The notes under the pieces are model-generated. The model saw nothing but the letters and a program-made list of their open reading frames with translations, searched no databases and was not told the DNA's origin. Position numbers and translations under genes: made by a program. Below, piece after piece: positions 10,030-18,666 of a DNA stretch of 64,000 nucleotides. Source of the stretch: an uncultured Acidimicrobiia bacterium (GTDB lineage Bacteria; Actinomycetota; Acidimicrobiia; Spongiisociales; Spongiisociaceae); contig CAZEZF010000001.1 in NCBI GenBank assembly GCA_964516495.1, positions 10,041 to 74,040 on the forward strand, given 5' to 3'. Numbering within the stretch: the stretch's first letter is position 1; the number at the start of each line of letters is the position of its first letter.

Positions 10030-10204
10030 TGGCGGAGCGTGAGCCGGTGAAGGAATCATCGGTGAATCATCGGTGCGCCGCGGCTCCCAGTTCCTCCGCC
10101 TTCCCATTCACCGACCGGGGAAAATCGAACCAAAGAGGCTTGATGTCTATCCCGGAGTCCGCGCCCCCGACATCGGCAGGCGCCTGAGTTGCGGGTTTAT
10201 GCAG

Positions 10205-11818
10205 TCAATCCGATGCTCCGAAGGGACTATGCTGACCGAGCGCCACCCCCCGCAACTCACGGGCATGTCGATAGCCGCGTCGAGAATCCTCCAGGCCCGA
10301 CAGCATGCGTGACAGTTCCCGGAGTCGTTCGTCCTCGTCAAGAGTGCGAACAGTGGCGTGGGGTCCTTCCCTTTCCACGACTATGTGGGTATCGGCGTAG
10401 GCTGCTATCTGCGGTAGGTGGCTTACGCACATAACTTGCCGATCCGCGGACAGGTGGGCCAGTTTGGCGCCCATCGCCAGCGCAGTGGCGCCACCCACGC
10501 CGGAGTCGATCTCGTCGAACGCGACGAGGCGGGCGTCCCCCGACCCGGACGCAAGTCGCAAAGACAAGACCAGTCGGCTCAACTCACCTCCGGAAGCCAC
10601 TCGTCCTACCGGACCCGGCGCCATCCGGGAGTCCGACGAGAACAGCAGGGTCACGGTATCGGCGCCGGAAGCCCGAGGAACGGACTCGTCTATGTCGATG
10701 CGAACCACCGGATCCGAGAAACCCAGTTCACCTAGATGGGCTATGGCCTCCTCTCCGATGAGGGAAGACGCCTTGCGACGAGCCTCGCGCAGTAGGTCTC
10801 CGGTTTCTTGCAGTTCGCGGGAGGCAATCACCCGATCAGCGTCGAGGTTGGCCACCTGGTCCAGGAGACCGGCTATTTCCGCCCGTCTGGCGACTGCGTT
10901 ATCTCGGTAGATGTTGATCTCCTCGATATCGCTGCCGTACTTCCGGCGAAGGTCGCCCAGCAGACCTAGACGTTCGTTGACAGAAGCGAGTTCTCTGGGA
11001 TCTATATCCACATCCTCCCACGCCTCGCGGGTGGCGGTGGACGCCTCGTTCAGGGTCACGTCTAGGCCTTCCATCATCTCGCTCAACTCCGCCAGTGAGG
11101 GATCCACGTCGCATGCTCTGCGTAGTGCCGCGACGGCCGGTCCGACCCGTTCCCGAGCCGCACTCAGATCCCGACGAGCAGAACCGAGTGACTCCAGGAG
11201 TTGCTCAGCGTTCCCTAGCCGTCGGGCGAGGCGTTCCAGTTCCTCATCCTCCCCCACCTCGAAACCGGCCCCCGCAATTTCCTGTATCTGATAGGTAAGG
11301 AGGTCCTGCTCACGCTCCAAAGTGCGCAGATCGCCTCCAAGACCAGTTTCGGTCGCCTCCAGTTCTCGGCAGCGATTCCAGGCGGCGCGGTAATCGGCAA
11401 TTGGATCGGGCGATCCGATCCGACGGTCCAGAAGGCGCCGCAGGGCGTTGGGTCTGGTGAACGAGAGCGGGTCGTGCTGTCCTACGATCTCCACGAGGGC
11501 GCCGAGACGTTCGGTAAGCGTACGAGCGGGGACCATTTTCCCGTCGAGGTAGGAGCGGCTGCCGCGTTTATGAATACGACGGGAGACGATAAACTCGGTT
11601 TCGTCGTAAAGGAACCTTCCCTCTACGGTGGCCTCACTGCCGTGCGGTCCTATCATGGCTGATCGGGCGGGAGCGCCGGTCAGAAGCCTCAAAGCGCCGA
11701 GCAGGAGAGTCTTTCCGGCGCCGGTTTCACCGCTGACCACCACCATCCCGAGGGATGGCTCCACCCGGGCGTGCTCGATGATCCCCAGATTGGTAACCAC
11801 CAACTCGTCAAGCATCAC
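10205..11818 (-). CDS. recN: DNA repair protein RecN
   Basis: 537 aa. N-terminal Walker A GETGAGKT, long coiled-coil middle, C-terminal SMC-like signature. Confidence 0.9.
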   Translation of the reverse strand: MMLDELVVTNLGIIEHARVEPSLGMVVVSGETGAGKTLLLGALRLLTGAPARSAMIGPHGSEATVEGRFLYDETEFIVSRRIHKRGSRSYLDGKMVPARTLTERLGALVEIVGQHDPLSFTRPNALRRLLDRRIGSPDPIADYRAAWNRCRELEATETGLGGDLRTLEREQDLLTYQIQEIAGAGFEVGEDEELERLARRLGNAEQLLESLGSARRDLSAARERVGPAVAALRRACDVDPSLAELSEMMEGLDVTLNEASTATREAWEDVDIDPRELASVNERLGLLGDLRRKYGSDIEEINIYRDNAVARRAEIAGLLDQVANLDADRVIASRELQETGDLLREARRKASSLIGEEAIAHLGELGFSDPVVRIDIDESVPRASGADTVTLLFSSDSRMAPGPVGRVASGGELSRLVLSLRLASGSGDARLVAFDEIDSGVGGATALAMGAKLAHLSADRQVMCVSHLPQIAAYADTHIVVEREGPHATVRTLDEDERLRELSRMLSGLEDSRRGYRHARELRGVALGQHSPFGASD

Positions 11819-11819
11819 A

Positions 11820-12641
11820 TCACGGAAGGGAGAACTTCTGTTTTACCGTTGCCGGAAAGGACCGGTCGGAGAGGCTGACGAACGAGATCCTCCCGGCGCC
11901 CCGTACTTCGATCAGGCCACCCGGCGCTACGGTCCCCAAATCGAATCCGTCGACCCCCACTCCCACCGAACGGTCCTCCCCTACCTCGATCCGGAGGCTT
12001 CGCTCGGGGGGCAGCACGAGAGATCGCGAGAAAAGGGAATGGGGGGCGACCGGAGTCATGACCAGGGCGTCGAGCGCCGGATCGATCAACGGTCCGCCGG
12101 CCGACAGGTTGTAGGCGGTAGAGCCGGTAGGGGTGGCGACCACCACCCCGTCTGCCCGATAGACGATGAAGGGTTCGTCATCTATGGATATGGCTAGTTG
12201 GACGGTTCGCTGGTTCTGGACCTTTTCGATCACCGCATCGTTCAGACCCGTGACCGGCGGAGATCCTTCAACCGACACCGCCAGGAGCATTCGTTCGGAT
12301 GTGCGCCACTTTCCCGTTATGAGCTGGTGGACGATCAGCGGTAGATCGTGCGGCGCTCCCTCGGCAAGATAACCCAGATGGCCGTCGTTTATACCAAAAA
12401 TGGGCGCTCCGCTGCTACGGCCGATCCGAACCGCTTTCAGGACCGTTCCATCTCCGCCGATTGCTATCACCAGATCCAGCCCGTCCTCAGGTTGGAAGCC
12501 GGTGTCGTCGACTTCGAGGGTGGAGGCGGCGTCGGGCGCCCCTACGACGTCGACACCGTGTCCACGGGCTTCGGTGACCAGATCACGGGCGAGGTCCATA
12601 GAGTGTTGCTGGCCGACATGAGGGACTAGCGCTATCTTCAC
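11820..12641 (-). CDS. nadK: NAD(+) kinase
   Basis: 273 aa with the GGDGT motif (IAIGGDGTVLKAV) and the NAD-kinase C-terminal domain. It is adjacent to recN and tlyA, as in mycobacteria. Confidence 0.85.
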   Translation of the reverse strand: MKIALVPHVGQQHSMDLARDLVTEARGHGVDVVGAPDAASTLEVDDTGFQPEDGLDLVIAIGGDGTVLKAVRIGRSSGAPIFGINDGHLGYLAEGAPHDLPLIVHQLITGKWRTSERMLLAVSVEGSPPVTGLNDAVIEKVQNQRTVQLAISIDDEPFIVYRADGVVVATPTGSTAYNLSAGGPLIDPALDALVMTPVAPHSLFSRSLVLPPERSLRIEVGEDRSVGVGVDGFDLGTVAPGGLIEVRGAGRISFVSLSDRSFPATVKQKFSLP

Positions 12642-13411
12642 CCGGACGCCGTTTCTATCCGGCCCGGCGCCATAGCGGGTTGCCCATGGCGGAATAGGCC
12701 CAGAACCTCTTGGTTGCCTTTGGCTCCCAAGACGGGGGAAGGAATGGTGTCCACCATCTCCAGACCCGACCGCGCCAAGCCACCGACCGTGTCGGCGACG
12801 GCCTTGGCGTGGACTTGTGGATCCTTCACCACGCCCCGACGATCCACAGAACCTCGTGCTGCTTCGAACTGCGGTTTGATGAGCAGAATGTAATCGGTAT
12901 CACTGTCTCCGAGTCCTACCAGAGTCGGGGCGATCGTGCATAACGAGATGAACGAAACGTCTACTACTACCAGTTGGAACGGCGCTCCCAGCCGGGCCGG
13001 GTCGGCGTAGCGGATGTTGGTTCGTTCGACCACGGTAACGCGCGGATCATTGCGTAGGCTGAAATGTAGTTGGCCGTAGCCGACGTCGACGGCCACCACA
13101 CTCCTGGCGCCATGGTAGAGCAGGCAGTGGGTGAAGCCACCTGTTGAGGCGCCCACGTCGATCGCCGCCCGTCCCGAGACAGAGACCCTGAACTTGCCGA
13201 TCGCCGCTTGCAGTTTCAAGCCGCCCCGACTCACATAGCGTGGTCCGGCGGCTGCGAGTCTTATGGAAGTAGAGGGATCTACCAGTGTCGCGGGCTTGGG
13301 TTCAGGGGCGCCGACGACGACCACCTGTCCTTCACGAATAGCGTGAGCGGCGGCGGTTCTGGATTCGACCAGTCGCCTGCGGACCAGCTCGATATCCAGT
13401 CTACGTCTCAT
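12638..13411 (-). CDS. tlyA: TlyA family rRNA 2'-O-methyltransferase (S4 domain plus FtsJ-like methyltransferase)
   Basis: 257 aa. It has an N-terminal S4-like RNA-binding segment and a SAM-binding motif (VDVGASTGGFT). Synteny is tlyA-nadK-recN. Confidence 0.8.
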   Translation of the reverse strand: MRRRLDIELVRRRLVESRTAAAHAIREGQVVVVGAPEPKPATLVDPSTSIRLAAAGPRYVSRGGLKLQAAIGKFRVSVSGRAAIDVGASTGGFTHCLLYHGARSVVAVDVGYGQLHFSLRNDPRVTVVERTNIRYADPARLGAPFQLVVVDVSFISLCTIAPTLVGLGDSDTDYILLIKPQFEAARGSVDRRGVVKDPQVHAKAVADTVGGLARSGLEMVDTIPSPVLGAKGNQEVLGLFRHGQPAMAPGRIETASG

Positions 13412-13685
13412 GGTCTTGCCGAGGCGCCGGCCTCGCCGTCGCGCCGATCAGGGATTCGAGAACCGCCCGAGCCTCCGGGGCGTTACGGTGTTCCAGTCGG
13501 GCGGCCAGTAGATCGGCGAGCGCCTCCGCCGGGACGGCCGACTTCATAGGGTCAACCTCGCTGAGGGCGTCCAGGTAACGGTCCAGCCCATCTCCTGTTG
13601 CGACCGCGCTGTCTGTGGATACGGAGTCATGGCAGTCGTTGTTATGATGATCGCGATCGTGGTGGTCGTTGGCCATCTGGTTCAC
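13401..13685 (-). CDS. small hypothetical protein with His/Asp-rich N-terminus (MNQMANDHHDRDHHNNDCHD)
   Basis: 94-aa ORF overlapping the tlyA start by 11 nt (operon-like). GTG start at 13685, ATG at 13676. There is no recognisable domain. Confidence 0.4.
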   Translation of the reverse strand: MNQMANDHHDRDHHNNDCHDSVSTDSAVATGDGLDRYLDALSEVDPMKSAVPAEALADLLAARLEHRNAPEARAVLESLIGATARPAPRQDHET

Positions 13686-13716
13686 TAACCCTAATCCTCT
13701 ATATCTTCATGTAGTC

Positions 13717-13733
13717 ATGTCTATATGTGACAT
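13717..13733. promoter_or_regulatory. AT-rich palindrome ATGTC-tatatgt-GACAT 32-48 bp upstream of the His-rich ORF
   Basis: Read directly. The arms atgtc/gacat are exact reverse complements. The surrounding 60 bp is far below the local GC content. Confidence 0.3.
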
Positions 13734-14002
13734 ATCTTCTTACCACGGCCACACCGCACCGATGCTCATATCATTACCGGAGATGTCCTGACCGGGTTCT
13801 CGGTCCGGTCAGGAGGTAGGCCAGGCCGAACGCTTGTGGGCCCCGCTCCGCGCTGTTCGGGACCGGCAGGTGTACCCGAGAGTGAACGAGGAATCCGGTC
13901 CGGCCTTTCCTGAAGTCACTGTTGCCGACCGGCTGCCGTATCATCTGTTGGTGTAAGCCTTCGACAGGGTGGATAAGCGCCGGGAAGCGTCGCAGGGAGG
14001 AA

Positions 14003-14758
14003 CCAATGATCCCCATCAGAGACATCAACCCGTCTCTCAGGACGCCGCTAATGACCATCCTGCTGGTGGCCGCATCCCTCGCGGTGTATTTCGCGGTCCA
14101 ACCCGCGGATCCGGAGGAAGAAATCGAGTTCCTGTACCGGCAAGCCGCCATTGCTTGCGAGCAGGTGACAGGTGAAGCCTTGTCGGCGACCGAAATAGCA
14201 TCGCAGGATTGCACCGACGGTGACGAGACCCCGCTCTTTGCCGACAAGTCGCTCCTTCTCAGCGTGATCGTTTCGATGTTTCTGCACGGCGGGATTGCCC
14301 ACCTGCTCGGCAACATGTGGAGCCTCTACCTGTTCGGCAATAACGTGGAGGATGCCTACGGGCGTTCGGGTTATCTTATTCTGTATCTGGGTTCGGGTGT
14401 TGTGGCGACCTTCGGGTTCGTTGTGTTGAATCCGGAGACTACGGTTCCTCTGGTAGGGGCGTCGGGCGCGATTGCCGGGGTTATGGGCGCCTACCTGGTT
14501 CTGTTTCCTTACGCCCGGGTGGTAAGTGTGTTCCCGCTGCTTTTCTTCATTCCCTTTACCGTTCCGGCCGGTTGGTTCCTTTTATTGTGGTTGATAGGAC
14601 AGTTTGCTTTCACATCTTTCGAGACGGGGGTGGCCTGGGAGGCCCATGTGGCGGGGTTCCTGTTCGGGATGTTCGTAACCATCATCTTGAGGCGTCCCCT
14701 TTTGAGCCGGCTGGCCCGGCTCGATCAACGCCGTCTGGTTCAGATGGGATACAGGTGA
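14003..14758 (+). CDS. rhomboid family intramembrane serine protease
   Basis: Catalytic GASGAIAGVMGAY (GxSG) and the His-containing helix AHVAGFLFG. Probable start MIPIRDINPSL at 14003; the ORF-track start at 13922 is likely too long. Confidence 0.75.
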   Translation, partial: PMIPIRDINPSLRTPLMTILLVAASLAVYFAVQPADPEEEIEFLYRQAAIACEQVTGEALSATEIASQDCTDGDETPLFADKSLLLSVIVSMFLHGGIAHLLGNMWSLYLFGNNVEDAYGRSGYLILYLGSGVVATFGFVVLNPETTVPLVGASGAIAGVMGAYLVLFPYARVVSVFPLLFFIPFTVPAGWFLLLWLIGQFAFTSFETGVAWEAHVAGFLFGMFVTIILRRPLLSRLARLDQRRLVQMGYR

Positions 14759-14906
14759 ACCGATAGAGGGTCCCGGAGGCCGAAAGCCCGTTAGCGCGAG
14801 TGTCCTGATCCTCGAATCCGCCGATAGCCTTATCGTTGTCGCCATCGGCCCCGAAGACATGAGACCGCGACAAACTTCCGATCTTCATCCGGGTAGTAGG
14901 TCGGGG

Positions 14907-16271
14907 TCAATCCCGATCCTGATCGGGGAGGCGTTCGATGATCCGGTCAAGCAATCGGGCGGTCAGACCCAGGGAACCGATTCCTATTCGCTCGTCGTTT
15001 CCGTGGAACATGCCCAAGAAGTCGCTGAACGGTACCCGATCATCGAACAGGCCCACGCCGTAGGCCGGTGTCCCTCTCGCCCGGAAGAATCGCGCGTCGG
15101 TGGTTGCCGGGGTCATGGCCGGTACGATCCTCCGGCTTCCGGTCAGGGATTCGTACGCGTCCCCGACGGCTTTCCAGAGGGCGCCTTCAGCCGTCGAGGT
15201 GTTGGCAGGCTGGTGGATGATGTCCTCTATGTCCAGGTCCTGGTATAGGGGTCCCAGCGCCTTACGCAGGTGACCATCGACTACCTCCTCCGTTTGGTCG
15301 GGCAGGACCCGCATGTCAAGGGACGTCTCTGCCAGGTCGGCCACGGTGTTGGCCTTGGTTCCTCCGGCGACCAGGTTAGGACTGATGGTCAGGTGGGTGC
15401 AGGCATGCACCCAGCGCGCCAAGGTCGGGTCAGCATCCGCAATATCTTCGATCTCGCGGTCGATCAGGTCCGAGTCGAGAAGTGCGGCCACGCGGTCGGT
15501 ATCCCATCCGACTCCCTTCACGAAACTTCGCCATTCAGGGGTTATCTCCACCGGTCCGTCCGTACCGGTGAGGGCGACGATGGCTTCCGCCACCTTTACC
15601 ACCGCGTTCTCGGTCCGGTAGGGCTGACTACCGTGGGACGGGATGCCCTTACCCCTTAAGATTTTCCAGCAAGGGCCTTTCTCCGCCACCTTGACCGGGT
15701 ATACCGGAGATTGACCCGGTACCCGGACGCTCGGGTAGGCGATCTCGGTCAGCACATAGTCGCATTCGACCAGTTCAGGCCGGTTGTTCATTATCCAATC
15801 GGCGCCTAGGCCGCCACCTTGTTCCTCATCTGCGACCGCCAGGTAAACCAGGTCGCCCGCCGGAGGGCGACGGCGTCTACTCAGGTAAGGCTTGAAAGTG
15901 ACCGCCATGGCCGCGGTCAGGTTCAACATATCCACGGCGCCCCGTCCCCAAACCATTCCGTCGATGACCTCACCGGCGAACGGGTCAACCGTCCAACCTG
16001 ATTCGGTTACCGGAACAACGTCCAGATGACCCATCATCAGCAGGGTCGGCGCTCCGGGTTCCGCTCCAGGTACCCGATACACCACGCTTTGGCGGGACGG
16101 CGCCGGTTCCACGACCACGCCCGCTTCTCCGAAGTATGCCTCCAGTGTGGACACCGAGCGTTCTTCATATCCCGAACCGGGGGATCCGTCGTTGATGCAG
16201 CGGTTTCTGATGAGTGCTTGAAGTAGCTCCAGCACCTCACCTTCGACTCTGCTCGTGCGGTTGGCGTTCAT
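14907..16271 (-). CDS. M20/M25/M40 family peptidase (dipeptidase-like)
   Basis: 454 aa with the M20 metal-binding pattern (GHLDVVP, ADEEQGGG). Confidence 0.75.
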   Translation of the reverse strand: MNANRTSRVEGEVLELLQALIRNRCINDGSPGSGYEERSVSTLEAYFGEAGVVVEPAPSRQSVVYRVPGAEPGAPTLLMMGHLDVVPVTESGWTVDPFAGEVIDGMVWGRGAVDMLNLTAAMAVTFKPYLSRRRRPPAGDLVYLAVADEEQGGGLGADWIMNNRPELVECDYVLTEIAYPSVRVPGQSPVYPVKVAEKGPCWKILRGKGIPSHGSQPYRTENAVVKVAEAIVALTGTDGPVEITPEWRSFVKGVGWDTDRVAALLDSDLIDREIEDIADADPTLARWVHACTHLTISPNLVAGGTKANTVADLAETSLDMRVLPDQTEEVVDGHLRKALGPLYQDLDIEDIIHQPANTSTAEGALWKAVGDAYESLTGSRRIVPAMTPATTDARFFRARGTPAYGVGLFDDRVPFSDFLGMFHGNDERIGIGSLGLTARLLDRIIERLPDQDRD

Positions 16272-16675
16272 ATTCCCAGGGTGTCCAACAGGTCGTTCAT
16301 TGTCGGGGTTAGGTCAAGTGACCGCAACTCCTCCAACGGTACGAATTCGGCTGCGGCTGCATCGTCCCCGGCAGCCAGTTCACCACCCGCAACCCGGCCG
16401 GCGAAGTCGATCAAGACGATGTGGTGTTCGGGCGGGTCACCCTTCCCTAGAGTTTCCCCGATCCAGAGCACCCTGCCGAGGTGGATGTCCAGGTTGGTTT
16501 CCTCCTTGATCTCCCGGATAGCGGCTTCTTCCAACCGTTCGCCGTACCGGACCTTTCCTCCCGGTACCGCCCAGCTACCGGCTCTGGGGCCGGATCCCCG
16601 CTTGACCATCAGCATCCTTCCCCGGTCGATGACCACCACGCCTACCCCCACCAGCGGTCGAAGCGCCTCGGTCAT
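16268..16675 (-). CDS. NUDIX hydrolase
   Basis: Nudix box GGKVRYGERLEEAAIREIKEETNL. Confidence 0.7.
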   Translation of the reverse strand: MTEALRPLVGVGVVVIDRGRMLMVKRGSGPRAGSWAVPGGKVRYGERLEEAAIREIKEETNLDIHLGRVLWIGETLGKGDPPEHHIVLIDFAGRVAGGELAAGDDAAAAEFVPLEELRSLDLTPTMNDLLDTLGI

Positions 16676-17202
16676 GGCGCCTGGATTTGCCGGTATGTCT
16701 CGCTGATGCGTCTGCCCCCGTTAGGCCGGTCGTTGTGGTGCATGACGATGGATCGAGCCGAGAATCCACCTGCTTCGAAGAAGTTCTTGGCGAGTCGGTG
16801 CCCCGGCAGGACATGGGCATCGAATAGATGGTGACCGAGATCACGGAAATCCTCCATCAAGGCGTCACGCATCATCTCGCCGACCCCTACCCCCCGGGCC
16901 TCTTCTTCGACGAATACAAGTCGGATCGACACAACGCATGTGTCTCCCTCATGTGCAAGGAGTTGCTTGATCCTTCCATAGATGAACCCGAACGGATACC
17001 CGTCCACCTTCCCCAGATAGATTCGGGCGGAAGGATCGCGTAGTAGACCGAGCAGGGACTGCTCGACCGGTTCGTCAAGACCGTCGGCACGCGGCCACAT
17101 CGGGTGGATGGCCACCATCTCAGCCTCCAACTTGCGGTACAGGTCGACCACATAATCAATGTCGGCAACCGAGGCGCGCCGGGCCGTTACCAAGTTACCC
17201 AT
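16672..17202 (-). CDS. GNAT family N-acetyltransferase
   Basis: 176 aa with the acetyl-CoA binding motif (RGVGVGEMM). It overlaps the NUDIX gene by 4 nt. Confidence 0.65.
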   Translation of the reverse strand: MGNLVTARRASVADIDYVVDLYRKLEAEMVAIHPMWPRADGLDEPVEQSLLGLLRDPSARIYLGKVDGYPFGFIYGRIKQLLAHEGDTCVVSIRLVFVEEEARGVGVGEMMRDALMEDFRDLGHHLFDAHVLPGHRLAKNFFEAGGFSARSIVMHHNDRPNGGRRISETYRQIQAP

Positions 17203-17325
17203 ACCAGAAGGCTAGCGGCGCCGATTCTCCGGAGTATCCGGTTCGACGAAGGCGGGAGGTGTCTGCTATGCGGTGTCCGTTTCAGGTAGATCGACAGCGC
17301 CAGGGATGTGCTCTGATCATGTGTA

Positions 17326-17757
17326 TCACGCGCAGTCCACGCAGAGCATCTTGACAGGATCCGCCAGCTGCACATTCTTGATCAGAAGGAAGCAGGAGTT
17401 GCATACGAACTCATCCCGGCGTCGACCCGTCTTACCCATGTCGAGGGCCATCTCATCTCGGCGCATCGCCTTGATCTCCGACGCCTCGTCAACCAGGATC
17501 GTCGCCGATTCGTTAGTCTCGACTACCTCGAGTTCTTCGGCTTCCAGTGCGTCGAGACTCACCGGTCCATTGGTCGCCGTATTTGATTCCTCGTCTTCGG
17601 GTTGTTCGTCGAGCCGATCCTCGTCGTCGTGTAGTTCGTCGTCAGGCGAAACCTGGTTCCTGTTTTCCAACCCACTCCCCTTGATCGACGGCGAGAGTAT
17701 AGACACCAAATGTGTCCGGATGGCGCGCCGCTGCTGGTCGGGCGCCGTTACCGTCAT
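17326..17757 (-). CDS. DUF4193-like small protein: acidic central region and C-terminal Cys4 zinc ribbon
   Basis: C-terminus CNSCFLLIKNVQLADPVKMLCVDCA follows a strongly acidic stretch. This resembles the conserved actinobacterial DUF4193 architecture. Confidence 0.5.
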   Translation of the reverse strand: MTVTAPDQQRRAIRTHLVSILSPSIKGSGLENRNQVSPDDELHDDEDRLDEQPEDEESNTATNGPVSLDALEAEELEVVETNESATILVDEASEIKAMRRDEMALDMGKTGRRRDEFVCNSCFLLIKNVQLADPVKMLCVDCA

Positions 17758-17766
17758 GCCGATTGT

Positions 17767-18666
17767 TCATATTTTCAGCGCGATCCGGCCGGTTTGGAGT
17801 CGGAGAAGGACCGGAGTGGTTCCGATCAGCTCACCATCGACTTCCACCGGCCATGGATCACTGCTTTCCAGCCTAACCTCGGGCGCCGCGAATCTGCGTA
17901 CTGTCGGATCGGCGAGATGGTTACCTCCTCGGGCCTTGGACATCAACCTGCCTATTTCCCGCTTGCGAGCTGTGATCACCTGGACATCGAACAACTGATC
18001 CACCATCGAAGCGCGGGGCGCTATGTTGAAGCCGCCCCCGAAGAACTGACCGTTGGCGAATATGACCGCGAGCGACTCGCCGACGAACCGCCGCGCCCCA
18101 GCCTCCACGGATACCTCGCATCTGCGAAACGCGGGTAGGGAACCCACCACGCCCCCTACATAACGAAGGGTTCTTAACCACCCGGGAATGCGGAGCGCCG
18201 CTTGGGCCGCCGCTGCGGTCGCGCCGGCGCTTGCCACATTGAGGAAGAAACGTCGTCCCCATTCACCGATGGCCACCCCCACATCGACCGGGTATGTGGT
18301 TTTGCCGACTAGGCGGTCCACTGCTGATTCCATAAGGTTTCCGACACCAAGGTTTCCGACACCGAAAGTCCGCATGAGGTCACATCCGGAACCGGCCGGC
18401 AATACCCCGAGAACGGGAGGTTCCTCCCACAGGTGCGTCAGCAGAGCGTTGAGCACCGCGTTGACGGTACCGTCCCCCCCGACAGCTACGAACCTGGTGC
18501 GCCCTTGAGAGGTAGCCATGTTGATCGCCTCATGTAGGGCGCCTAGACCATCGACCTCGATCACGTCGCCGGAAATACCTCGGCGTCGAAACGCTGTCTC
18601 GATCTTGGTCATTGCACGCGGTCCCTGCGTCGCGTGGGGATTGACGAGCGCAAGCCAAGGACTCAC
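17767..18666 (-). CDS. diacylglycerol/lipid kinase family protein (YegS/DagK-like)
   Basis: VAVGGDGTVNAV motif. It contains a 15-bp in-frame near-perfect tandem duplication at 18335-18364 (GVGNLGVGNL). Confidence 0.75.
   Translation of the reverse strand: MSPWLALVNPHATQGPRAMTKIETAFRRRGISGDVIEVDGLGALHEAINMATSQGRTRFVAVGGDGTVNAVLNALLTHLWEEPPVLGVLPAGSGCDLMRTFGVGNLGVGNLMESAVDRLVGKTTYPVDVGVAIGEWGRRFFLNVASAGATAAAAQAALRIPGWLRTLRYVGGVVGSLPAFRRCEVSVEAGARRFVGESLAVIFANGQFFGGGFNIAPRASMVDQLFDVQVITARKREIGRLMSKARGGNHLADPTVRRFAAPEVRLESSDPWPVEVDGELIGTTPVLLRLQTGRIALKI

Noticed and set aside
9883-10107. Small ORFs overlapping repeat copies that share peptide motifs: 9883-10107, 42991-43182, 48814-49023, the 56761-57204 N-terminus and the 41466-41735 part
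   Set aside because: The shared peptides (TPNPKRPRQAQ, SVTH-NPC-KN-G) arise from nucleotide conservation of the repeat read in arbitrary frames. There is no RBS or consistent start and the frames differ between copies.
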